Of a stretch of 64,000 bases of DNA, positions 23,285 through 34,133 are shown piece by piece (the stretch's first letter is position 1; each line of letters begins with the position of its first letter). Made by a program: the position numbers and the translations under genes. The stretch comes from Collinsella sp. GTDB lineage: Bacteria; Actinomycetota; Coriobacteriia; Coriobacteriales; Coriobacteriaceae. A model generated the notes under the pieces. That model made no database searches. It saw only the letters and a list, made by a program, of their open reading frames with translations, and was not told the DNA's origin. The DNA is taken from the NCBI GenBank assembly GCA_019414025.1, contig DXMU01000046.1, forward strand, positions 20,801 through 84,800. Direction: 5' to 3'.

Positions 23285-24376
23285 CTACAGTTCAACTTCC
23301 AGTTCGGCTTTGTGCTCGTAGAGGTAGTCGCGCATGTAGGGGATGGCAAATGAGACCTTGCCGTACGAAGGAGCCTCGATAATCGATTCTCTTAACAGGC
23401 GGCTGCGGACGGAGCTCACCTGTTGAGGCGTTTTGTTTAGGGCATCGGCAACCATGCTGGTCGAGCTCGTCTGCCCCAAAGACGCCATGCTCAGCAGATA
23501 AGCGATGCACGTGGGCGGAATGCGCTGCAGCGCGGGCTCAATCACCATGGCGCAGAAGCGTTCGCGTGCCGTTGCAATGCCACGCTCGGCTTCTTCTTCT
23601 CCAATAATCGCTGTATGTGCGCGTCTTGCCAACTGCCATGCGTAGTATCCAACGAGTTGGATCATGAAAGGATAGCCTTGCGTTGCCTCGGCAAGTTGGC
23701 CGGCAATACCTGGCTGCAACTCCATGCCAGACGCTTCAATGGTTTCCTCGAGGGAGTACGACACTTCGGTTACTGCCACAGCCTTCAGATCAAAGGGGAG
23801 GGCACGGCGCAAAAACGTAAGTGTCTTTCCGTTGATGATGCTTTCAATCATCGAAGGCAGCCCAGCAAAAACAAAGGCGATATCAAGGTCTTCGCCGATA
23901 ACCTGCTGAATCGCAATGGAGAGCGTTCGGACCTCATCGAGCTCTGCGTCTTGAACCTCGTCGAGAGTGATGAGCAGGCCATTTCCATTCTTGGATATTG
24001 TCTGTCTCATGGCGTCGCGTAGCGATGGGCCGATTCGCTCAATATCTATGCTGCCGATGGATATGCCAGCTACGGTGGGCTCAAATCTGGCGTGTTTGGC
24101 CTGGAATTTGGGCTGCAGCTGTTCGAGAATGCGCTGGCAAAGTCCCTCGGTTGCGACCTCTTTTATGACCGTCCAGCCACGGCTTTGCGCCAAACGTGAG
24201 CACTCGTCAAGGAGGACCGTCTTGCCCGTTCCACGGACGCCGGCTATGCGCATTAGGCGCCCCGGGGCACCAGGCCCGTTGACGAGGCCCTCATTGAATT
24301 CTTCGAGCACATCTTCGCGGCCGATAATCGTGGGAGGTGTTTTACCTGCTGTGGGCTTAAAAGGGTTTGTTTGCAT
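23285..24376 (-). CDS. AAA+ ATP-binding protein with a C-terminal wHTH-like region (Orc1/Cdc6- or 'archaeal ATPase'-like)
   Basis: Walker A GVRGTGKT and Walker B LLITLDEV. ATG 24376 is preceded by AAGGTGG; an alternative GTG lies at 24385. Confidence 0.8.
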   Translation of the reverse strand: MQTNPFKPTAGKTPPTIIGREDVLEEFNEGLVNGPGAPGRLMRIAGVRGTGKTVLLDECSRLAQSRGWTVIKEVATEGLCQRILEQLQPKFQAKHARFEPTVAGISIGSIDIERIGPSLRDAMRQTISKNGNGLLITLDEVQDAELDEVRTLSIAIQQVIGEDLDIAFVFAGLPSMIESIINGKTLTFLRRALPFDLKAVAVTEVSYSLEETIEASGMELQPGIAGQLAEATQGYPFMIQLVGYYAWQLARRAHTAIIGEEEAERGIATARERFCAMVIEPALQRIPPTCIAYLLSMASLGQTSSTSMVADALNKTPQQVSSVRSRLLRESIIEAPSYGKVSFAIPYMRDYLYEHKAELEVEL

Positions 24377-24392
24377 GTGAGCCACCTTTGCT

Positions 24393-24462
24393 CAAGATAT
24401 AGCAAGATATAGCAAAGTATAGCAAGATATAGCAAAGTATAGTGAGATATAGCAAAGTAAGC
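24393..24462. repeat. 10-bp-period tandem repeat, 7 units (CAAGATATAG / CAAAGTATAG)
   Basis: Read directly from the sequence. The array ends 17 nt upstream of the ATPase ATG. Confidence 0.9.
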
Positions 24463-24589
24463 GCTACTCGCGGGTTTTGCGGTGGTGCTATTTTCCAAAT
24501 GCCGCGCGGATAAAGCGCTGGGCGAACAGCTTGTTGGCAACTCACGAGGGCTCGGGGTGCCAATTTGGGGTGCAGTAGTGCTGCGCCAC

Positions 24590-24871
24590 GAAAAGGGCCT
24601 ATCTACTACGTTTAAGCCGCAAGGGTCAACCATAGCCGGCTATTTTGAAAATCGATAAGCTCTCTACCAGCGGTTTTGTTTTTGCACTTTTCAGCATGGT
24701 CTGGGCTCTCCGCGTTAACGTAGTAGATGGGCCCCTTTTGTGGCAAGGGGCCGACCTGCGGCTCAGGGTAGCCAAAAAAGCCCCGTCCCAAAAAGACTGT
24801 TGGAAGTTGCGGTGGAATAGTTCCTGTTTTTGCTGCTGAAGGCTTTGAGCAGGAACTATTCCACCGCAACT
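24590..24871. repeat. Degenerate and inverted copies of the AGTTGCGGTGGAATA hairpin family
   Basis: 22-bp arms at 24805-24826 and 24850-24871. A separate long-range IR (aaaagggcctatctactacgtt at 24590-24613 vs 24716-24740) shares ggcc.tatctact.cgt with copies 1 and 2. Confidence 0.7.
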
Positions 24872-24944
24872 TATGAGGGGGCGGGGGATGCGATAGTATT
24901 ACGTGGTGATATTCGACAAACCGTGGGCTTCATTCGAGGGCTTT

Positions 24945-25637
24945 ATGGAACAACACCAGCATTATCAGAGCCTGCAAGACCAGGCATACAACGCATTGCG
25001 CTCCAAGATCATCTATGCCGAGCTCAGGCCCGGCACGCGCCTTTCGGCGATTGGTCTGGAAAAGGAGACGGGAATCGGGCGCACGCCCATTCGCGAGTCC
25101 TTTGTGCGCCTGCGCGAGCAGGAGCTGGTGGAAACGCGTCCCAAAAGCGGCACCTATGTCTCAAAAATCAGCATGGAACGCGCCGAGAACGCCTGTTTCT
25201 TGCGCGAGAAACTCGAAAGAAGCGTACTCATTAAATGTTGTTCGTCTGCCACGCCCGAGCAAAAGCATCGGCTCGAGCAGATTCTTGCCGAGTCCGAGTC
25301 TCTCGACCATAGCGAAACGCGTCGTTTCTTTGACCTGGACAACCTGTTCCATGAGACGTGTTTTGCGATTGCCGGCCGTCACATGTTGTGGGATTGGATG
25401 AAGAGCGTCAATACGCATTTTGAGCGATACAACTGGTTGCGTATGGTGTCGCAAGATCTTGATTGGGAGCCGATTCGTCGACAGCATCGCCGAATTCTCG
25501 AGGCCATTAAGAGGGGCGATACCGACACGGCGAGCTATCTGGCAGAGACACACCTGCACCTGATGCCCGAGGAGCAAGGCCCGGTTATTGCCTTGCATCC
25601 CGACTATTTTGAGCTGCCTAAAGACTCGTCTATCTAG
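24945..25637 (+). CDS. GntR-family regulator (FadR subfamily, FCD domain)
   Basis: wHTH ...GLEKETGIGRTPIRESFVRL plus an FCD C-domain. The start is uncertain (24945 ATG or 24903 GTG). Confidence 0.85.
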   Translation: MEQHQHYQSLQDQAYNALRSKIIYAELRPGTRLSAIGLEKETGIGRTPIRESFVRLREQELVETRPKSGTYVSKISMERAENACFLREKLERSVLIKCCSSATPEQKHRLEQILAESESLDHSETRRFFDLDNLFHETCFAIAGRHMLWDWMKSVNTHFERYNWLRMVSQDLDWEPIRRQHRRILEAIKRGDTDTASYLAETHLHLMPEEQGPVIALHPDYFELPKDSSI

Positions 25638-25760
25638 CCCATCATCGCATCTGCTCGAGACGCAAAAACGATGCTGCTCATCTGCAGCGTTTTGAAGCCG
25701 AGTTTTTAAAAAATGCCTAAAATGGCTCAGACTGCCGACAATTGGGAAACGGGGTGCGCT

Positions 25761-26783
25761 ATGGCGCAGATGAGGATTAAGGACATTGCTGCCGAGGCGG
25801 GCGTGAGCCCGGCCACGGTCTCGCGCTATCTCAACAACCGCCCCGGGCAGATGACCGAGGAAACCCGTGCTCGCATCGCGGCAGTTATCGAGCGCACCGG
25901 CTATCGTCCACGTGCCGCCGCGCGCAATCTGCGCAGCTCGCGTACCAACCTCATCGGCGTGATCTTGGCCGACATTGCTAACCCGTTCTCCAGCGCCATG
26001 CTCGAAGGGCTTTCCGCTAGTGCCGCCGCGCGCGGCTGCTCGCTTATGACTGCCATTAGCGGCAATGATTCCGCCAAGGAAGCAGAGTCGCTCACCAGAC
26101 TTATCGATGCCGGTGTGGACGGCCTGGTCGTCAACACCTGTGGCGGCAACGACAAGGCGATTGCCGCGGCTGCGGGACGCCTGCCCGTCGTGCTGCTCGA
26201 CCGCGATGTTGCCGACGGCGGTGTCGATCTGGTGACCTCCAACAACCGTGAGCTGGTCGCCGGCCTGGTAGACGCCTTGGCTGTCGCGGGCAGCGAGCGC
26301 CTGTGCCTGCTCACCGAGGCAAGCGACGACAGCCCTGTGCGTCGCGAGCGTGCCGAGGCCTTTGCCGACGAGCTTTCGCGCCGCGGTCTTGCGGGCGAGG
26401 TCGTCACCCTGGCCGACGGTGGCGTCGAGGGCGTCAGTCGCCTGGACGAGACCATCCGCGAGTATGCGGGTAAAAAGCTCGGCCTCATTGCCGTCAACGG
26501 CTTGGTTTTCCTGCGCCTGACCGAGGCGCTGGCCCAGCTGGGGCCCTCGTTGCCGGCGGGTCTCAAGATCGCGACGTTTGACGACTATCCCTGGAACCAC
26601 GTGCTCTTTGGCGGTGTGACCACGGCCGCGCAGGACACCCTCACCATTGCCGAGCGCGTGGTCGAGCGCCTGTCCGAGCGCATCGACGTTGTTACCACTA
26701 CGGTGGGCGATGCCGCAAAGCTCGCCCCCAAGCGCATCGAGATCCCCGGCCACATCGAACACCGCGCTTCGACCTCGCGCTAG
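25761..26783 (+). CDS. LacI-family transcriptional regulator
   Basis: HTH IKDIAAEAGVSPATVSRYLNN plus a sugar-binding-type domain. Confidence 0.9.
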   Translation: MAQMRIKDIAAEAGVSPATVSRYLNNRPGQMTEETRARIAAVIERTGYRPRAAARNLRSSRTNLIGVILADIANPFSSAMLEGLSASAAARGCSLMTAISGNDSAKEAESLTRLIDAGVDGLVVNTCGGNDKAIAAAAGRLPVVLLDRDVADGGVDLVTSNNRELVAGLVDALAVAGSERLCLLTEASDDSPVRRERAEAFADELSRRGLAGEVVTLADGGVEGVSRLDETIREYAGKKLGLIAVNGLVFLRLTEALAQLGPSLPAGLKIATFDDYPWNHVLFGGVTTAAQDTLTIAERVVERLSERIDVVTTTVGDAAKLAPKRIEIPGHIEHRASTSR

Positions 26784-26825
26784 TTTGTGTGATAATATAT
26801 AGACAATGTCATACAGGAGGTATCC

Positions 26826-27320
26826 ATGGCTGCGTCTGTACTGAGTGTACGAGTGGACTCGTCAATTAAAGATTCATTTGCCGAGCTATGTGAAGAACTC
26901 GGCATGACTTCGTCTGTAGCGGTCAATATGTTTATGAGGCAGATGCTGCGCGAGCGCTCGCTGCCGTTTGTTCCTTCACTTGGTAAAAACTCTGCGAGCG
27001 AAAACGTCGCCGCAGACATTTTGGATATTGCTCAGATTGAGTCCGCCGTCCGCGAGGCGGCCAGCTCGATTCCCGCCATCAAAACCGTGATTCTTTTTGG
27101 CTCGTATGCTCGTGGCGAGGCGCGTGCCGATAGTGACATTGACTTGCGTCTCGAAGTCGATCGCGATCAGGGCTTTGGCCTTTTCGCGTTGTCGGCGTTT
27201 GGTGAGGCGGTGCGCAAAGAAACCGGGAGGCAGGTCGACCTCGTCTCGAGTGATCATCTTGATGACGATCTTGCCGCGGTAATCGAGCGCGAAGGAGTGA
27301 TCCTTTATGATCGCGCGTAA
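26826..27320 (+). CDS. MntA-type nucleotidyltransferase antitoxin fused to an N-terminal RelB/DinJ-like RHH domain
   Basis: N-terminus SVRVDSSIKDSFAELCEELGMTSSVAVNMFMRQML. MNT motif GSYARGEARADSDIDL. AGGAGG RBS. Confidence 0.8.
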   Translation: MAASVLSVRVDSSIKDSFAELCEELGMTSSVAVNMFMRQMLRERSLPFVPSLGKNSASENVAADILDIAQIESAVREAASSIPAIKTVILFGSYARGEARADSDIDLRLEVDRDQGFGLFALSAFGEAVRKETGRQVDLVSSDHLDDDLAAVIEREGVILYDRA

Positions 27321-27678
27321 GTCAGACGGCCTTCGCGCTCAAGAGGTTTTGGAAGCCATCTCTGAAACGAACGAGCGCATCAGGGCTTTTGATATCACCG
27401 AGGACCAGTTTCTGCATGCGAATGACGTGCGGACGAGGGCGTTGGCGGACTCCCTTTTGACTTGTGCGCTTAGGGTGACGGAAGAAGCGGGCAAGTTGTC
27501 GGAACGCTCGCAGCGGCTTCATCCCGAAATCGAATGGCGTGGAATTATCGGCATGAGAAATTATCTTGCGCATGATTACGGCAATGTCGACCGCTCGGTT
27601 GTATGGGATGCAGTGACGATGGAGTTCCCTACGCTGGAACGAGCTTGTAGACAAATTGTCTCCGAATCTGAACGCTAG
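27307..27678 (+). CDS. HepT-like HEPN (DUF86) toxin
   Basis: R-x4-H-x-Y motif RNYLAHDY. 123 aa. Overlaps the MntA gene by 14 nt. Confidence 0.8.
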   Translation: MIARKSDGLRAQEVLEAISETNERIRAFDITEDQFLHANDVRTRALADSLLTCALRVTEEAGKLSERSQRLHPEIEWRGIIGMRNYLAHDYGNVDRSVVWDAVTMEFPTLERACRQIVSESER

Positions 27679-27731
27679 CCACTCGTTCGCAACTGCCTGT
27701 TCGCGCACGTTTTTTGAGCGCTTGATACGCT

Positions 27732-27747
27732 TTAACCCTGCGGAAAC
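27732..27747. promoter_or_regulatory. GlnR-box-like motif upstream of glnA
   Basis: TTAAC-n6-GAAAC fits the recalled actinobacterial nTnAC-n6-GnAAC pattern. A direct repeat TCTGCGATA lies at 27753 and 27765. Confidence 0.3.
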
Positions 27748-27812
27748 ATTTTTCTGCGATAGTATCTGCGATATAGACCAGTCGAAACCCGCCCGAAAGA
27801 AAGGGGAGCGAC

Positions 27813-29150
27813 ATGAACCAGCAGAACATCGATTACGTACTCCGCTCCGTAGAGCAGCGTGACATCCGCTTTGTGCGTCTGTGGTTTGTCGACATTCTCG
27901 GCCGCCTCAAGAACTTTGCCATTAGCCCCGAGGACCTCGAGGTCGCTTTTGAGGAGGGTATTGGCTTTGACGGCTCCGCCATCGAGGGCTTTGCCACGCC
28001 CGAGGAAGCCGACATGCTCGCATTCCCCGATGCTTCGACCTTCCAGATCCTGCCGTGGCGCCCGAGCCATAATGGCGTCGCCCGCGTGTTCTGCGACGTG
28101 TGCACTCCCGATCGCAAGCCGTTTGCCGGCGATCCACGCGATGCCCTGCGCCGCATGTTCCGCAAGGCCGAGAAAGCCGGCTATCTGCTCAACGTGGGCG
28201 CCGAGCTGGAGTACTACTACTTCCCCGACGAGCACACCCCCGAGCCGCTCGACAACGTGGGCTACTTCGATCTTTCGGTGAGCGATGCCGCTCGTGACCT
28301 GCGTCGCAACACGGTCCTCACGCTCGAGAAGATGTCCGTGCCCGTGGAGTACACCTTTCACGCCGCCGGTCGCTCGCAGCATGGCATGAGCCTGCGCCAC
28401 GCCGAGGCCCTGAGCATGTCCGACGCCATCACCACGGCCAAACTCATCATTAAGCAGCAGGCTTACGAGAGCGGTTGCCACGCCTCCTTTATGCCCAAGC
28501 CGTTGGCGGGCGAGGACGGCAGCGCCATGTTTTTGCATCAGTCGCTGCTCGACCACGACGGCAACAACGTGTTTTGGGGCGAGGACGACGAGAAGTACCA
28601 TCTCTCCGACGTCGCCAAGCACTACATGGCCGGTATCTTGGCGCACGCGCGCGAGATCAGCGCCATCACCAACCCCACCGTCAATTCGTACAAGCGCATC
28701 ACCACGGGCGGCGACTCCGTGCCGCAGTACGCCACGTGGGGCCTGCGTAACCGCGCGAGCATGGTTCGCATTCCGGTTTACAAGCCCGGCAAGCAACTGT
28801 CCACGCGCATCGAGCTTCGCAGCCCCGATCCCATGGCCAACTCGTACCTGGTCAACGCCGTCACGCTGGCGGCCGGTCTCGACGGCATCGAGCGCAAGCT
28901 GGAGCTCCCGCCCGAGGCCACGGCCGAGACACTCAAGCTCACCGACCGTCAGATGCTCGGGGCCGGTTACACGCCGCTGCCGCGCTCGCTCAAAGAGGCG
29001 CTCGACGTCTTTGAGGACTCGCAGTTTATGAAGGATGCCCTCGGCGAGCACATCCACAGCTTCTTCCTTAAAAAGAAGCGTGACGAGTGGCATAAGTTTG
29101 AGTCCACGATCACCGAGTGGGAGATCAAGCACTACCTGGCGAACTCCTAA
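27813..29150 (+). CDS. glnA: Glutamine synthetase, type I
   Basis: 445 aa with the typical GSI N-terminal beta-grasp and catalytic domain (e.g. NPTVNSYKR, RIPV). Confidence 0.95.
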   Translation: MNQQNIDYVLRSVEQRDIRFVRLWFVDILGRLKNFAISPEDLEVAFEEGIGFDGSAIEGFATPEEADMLAFPDASTFQILPWRPSHNGVARVFCDVCTPDRKPFAGDPRDALRRMFRKAEKAGYLLNVGAELEYYYFPDEHTPEPLDNVGYFDLSVSDAARDLRRNTVLTLEKMSVPVEYTFHAAGRSQHGMSLRHAEALSMSDAITTAKLIIKQQAYESGCHASFMPKPLAGEDGSAMFLHQSLLDHDGNNVFWGEDDEKYHLSDVAKHYMAGILAHAREISAITNPTVNSYKRITTGGDSVPQYATWGLRNRASMVRIPVYKPGKQLSTRIELRSPDPMANSYLVNAVTLAAGLDGIERKLELPPEATAETLKLTDRQMLGAGYTPLPRSLKEALDVFEDSQFMKDALGEHIHSFFLKKKRDEWHKFESTITEWEIKHYLANS

Positions 29151-29200
29151 TCGCGCTGGTTCGTTCCAGTACGATTGAGCTCATTTCTTTGGAGGCCGAT

Positions 29201-29863
29201 ATGTCCGAAAAGAGTGCCCTGTTCATGGCGCGCACGACGCGCTTCCACGAGTTTGCCCGCAGCTTGACGACCACCCTGGGTGTCGAGGTGAGCCTGGCAA
29301 CCCCCGATTCGCCGACTGCGGCGCACGACTTTGACCTGCTGATTCTCGATTCCGATGGCATCCGCAGCGACCGCATCGATCAGATTGCCAAGTGGCTTGA
29401 CGATCGTGGCGGCGTCCCCATGTTGGTGATCGTCGACGATGAGGCGCTCGGCACCCTGCGTCTGCCCAATCATGCGCATGCCGACTTTGTATGCCCCACG
29501 GCGACGCCCAACGAACTCAAGGCTCGTGCGCAGCGCCTGATGGGCGAGGAGGAGACCGTCACCGCCGACGATGTGCTCAATATCGATAACCTCGAGATTA
29601 ATCTGGCTACCTACCAGGTGACACTCGATAACGAGCCCATCGACCTGACGCTGATGGAGTACTCGCTGCTGAGCTTTTTGGCGACGCACCCCAACCGCGC
29701 CTACAGCCGCGAGGTGCTGCTGCACCGCGTATGGGGCTTTGAGTACTGCGGCGGCACGCGCACCGTCGACGTGCACATCCGACGCATCCGCTCCAAGGTG
29801 GGCCCGCAGATTGCGGCGCACATCACCACCGTCCGCGGCGTGGGCTATCTGTTTAAGGACTAG
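29201..29863 (+). CDS. OmpR/PhoB-type winged-helix regulator with an atypical receiver (GlnR-like candidate)
   Basis: wHTH C-domain LTLMEYSLLSFL...VDVHIRRIRSK...TVRGVGY. The N-terminus lacks the acidic DD pair. GGAGG RBS at 29191. Confidence 0.75.
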   Translation: MSEKSALFMARTTRFHEFARSLTTTLGVEVSLATPDSPTAAHDFDLLILDSDGIRSDRIDQIAKWLDDRGGVPMLVIVDDEALGTLRLPNHAHADFVCPTATPNELKARAQRLMGEEETVTADDVLNIDNLEINLATYQVTLDNEPIDLTLMEYSLLSFLATHPNRAYSREVLLHRVWGFEYCGGTRTVDVHIRRIRSKVGPQIAAHITTVRGVGYLFKD

Positions 29864-29867
29864 ATTT

Positions 29868-29900
29868 CCACCACAAAGGGGACAGGCACCTTTGTGGTGG
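29868..29900 (+). repeat. CCACCACAAAGG...CCTTTGTGGTGG hairpin family, copy 1 (terminator-like)
   Basis: 12-bp arms with loop ggacaggca. Lies directly after the regulator's stop codon. Confidence 0.8.
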
Positions 29901-30071
29901 TTATGACGCAGGTGCGGGTTCCTCTCGAATCCGCAGCAGAACTTAAGCCTTCCTAAAAGATTGCGTTCTCGTACACGTACGCCCGCATATTGGGGTACAA
30001 CTCAACGTGAACAATGATGGCCCGCCACATGTTTGGCGGGCCTTTGGTTATTTGACGAAAGGATCGCAGCT

Positions 30072-31532
30072 ATGAGCGAGTACGATTCCCAGCGTCCCCA
30101 GGATGCGGGCAACGCCGGCGAGACCCAGCAGCAGCCGCGCGTGCAGGTGGAGTCGACGCCTGCCGACGGCAACATTCCCTACGTGCAGGCCTACGACACG
30201 CAGACCGGCAAGCCGCTGGGCAGCCAGCAGGTTGTAAACAAGCACACTGTGGTCAAGACCAAGACCAAAAAGCTGCCGATCTTTATTACGGCACTTGCCG
30301 GCTGTGCCTGCGGCGCCCTGCTGGTCATTGCGCTCATTATGAGTGGCACGCTCAATATTGGCGGTGGCAAGAATGCCGTGACGGCGGGTGCTTCGGGTTC
30401 ATCGACGCAAAAGATTACGATTGATTCCGAGGACACCACGCTGGCCGAGGCCGTTTCTGCCAAGGCCCTGCCCTCCGTGGTTTCCATTACCGCCACTTCG
30501 AGCGGTGGCCAGAATGGTTCGCTTTCGCAGTCTGCCGACGAGTCGGACAACTCGGGCAGCGTCGGTTCGGGCGTCGTGCTCGATACCGAGGGCCACATCC
30601 TTACCAACAACCACGTGGTTGATGGCTATGACCAGTACGTGGTTACCATGGACGACGGCACTACCTACGAGGCCGAGTTCGTGGGCAACGATGCTTCGAG
30701 CGACCTGGCCGTCATCAAGCTCAAGGATGCAGACGCCTCCAAGCTCACACCGATTGAGATCGGTGATTCCTCCAAGCTCAACGTGGGCGAGTGGGTTATG
30801 GCCATCGGCTCGCCGTTCGGCAACGAGCAGTCTGTCTCCACGGGTATCGTGTCGGCGCTGTATCGCTCCACGGCCATGAGCTCTACCAACGGTAACACCA
30901 TCTATGCCAACATGATCCAGACCGATGCTGCCATCAACCCGGGCAACTCCGGTGGCGCGCTCGTCAACGACAACGGCGAGCTCGTGGGTATCAACTCGCT
31001 CATCGAGAGCTACTCGGGCTCCAGCTCGGGCGTGGGCTTTGCTATTCCCGTTAACTACGCCAAGAACATTGCCGACCAGATCATCGGCGGTAAGACACCG
31101 GTGCACCCGTACCTGGGCGCCACGCTTTCGAGCGTCAACGCGCTCAACGCCCGCACCAACAAGCTGAGCACCGATAGCGGTGCCTATGTGGCAAGCGTCG
31201 TCGAGGACGGTCCCGCCGCCAAGGCCGGCATCCAGGAGGGCGATGTCATTACCAAGCTGGGCGACGACGAGATTACGAGCGCCGATGGCCTGATCATCGC
31301 GCTGCGCAGCCACGAGGTGGGCGAGAAGGTCGAGATTACGCTTATGCGCGGCAAGGACGAGAAGAAGGTCACCGTCGAGCTGGGCTCTGATGAGAAGCTG
31401 CAGAACCAGCAGCAGGACGACAGCGCAACCGACACCGGCAACGGCGGTATTACCGACGAGCAGCTGCGCCAGTATCTGGAGGAGCTGCTTGGCCAGCAGG
31501 GCCAGGGTCAGGGCAACGGCCAGGGTTTCTAA
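30072..31532 (+). CDS. HtrA/DegP-family serine protease with a PDZ domain
   Basis: Catalytic triad context TNNHVV, DLAVIK, GNSGGAL. One N-terminal TM and a C-terminal PDZ domain. Confidence 0.9.
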   Translation: MSEYDSQRPQDAGNAGETQQQPRVQVESTPADGNIPYVQAYDTQTGKPLGSQQVVNKHTVVKTKTKKLPIFITALAGCACGALLVIALIMSGTLNIGGGKNAVTAGASGSSTQKITIDSEDTTLAEAVSAKALPSVVSITATSSGGQNGSLSQSADESDNSGSVGSGVVLDTEGHILTNNHVVDGYDQYVVTMDDGTTYEAEFVGNDASSDLAVIKLKDADASKLTPIEIGDSSKLNVGEWVMAIGSPFGNEQSVSTGIVSALYRSTAMSSTNGNTIYANMIQTDAAINPGNSGGALVNDNGELVGINSLIESYSGSSSGVGFAIPVNYAKNIADQIIGGKTPVHPYLGATLSSVNALNARTNKLSTDSGAYVASVVEDGPAAKAGIQEGDVITKLGDDEITSADGLIIALRSHEVGEKVEITLMRGKDEKKVTVELGSDEKLQNQQQDDSATDTGNGGITDEQLRQYLEELLGQQGQGQGNGQGF

Positions 31533-31558
31533 CGAGCCACTTCACACATATCGAAGCC

Positions 31559-31601
31559 AGAGGGGGCTGTCCCGCCAACGCGGGACAGCCCCTCTTTTTT
31601 A
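31559..31601 (+). terminator. Rho-independent terminator after htrA
   Basis: agagggggctgtcccg / cgggacagcccctct stem followed by TTTTTT. Confidence 0.85.
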
Positions 31602-31731
31602 TTGATCCGTTGGGGACGGGGAAACGGATCATTTAGAAATGGCAAGGGCGTGGTTTGATCGCGCGATCCACCCCCGGTCTAGCGGCTGCCGATTCGGTGC
31701 GGTTCGAAAGGGTTATTCGGCGCCATGGTGA

Positions 31732-34008
<2,277 letters not shown>

Positions 34009-34027
34009 GGCGCCGATAATCAAATGG

Positions 34028-34070
34028 AAAGCCTATCGGAAAGTGTGATGCTTTCCGATAGGCTTTTATA
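34028..34070 (+). terminator. Terminator after ligA
   Basis: aaagcctatcggaaag / ctttccgataggcttt stem followed by a T-rich stretch. Confidence 0.8.
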
Positions 34071-34098
34071 CACGTTAACATTAACATTAACGTGTATA
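34067..34098. promoter_or_regulatory. Perfect 12-bp inverted repeat TATACACGTTAA-N8-TTAACGTGTATA; candidate TA operator/promoter
   Basis: Read directly. Contains three TTAACA repeats and overlaps a TATACT -10-like hexamer, 36 nt upstream of the antitoxin ATG. Confidence 0.6.
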
Positions 34099-34133
34099 CT
34101 TAGCAGTGAAGATACATGTTGAGAGGAGCCGTT

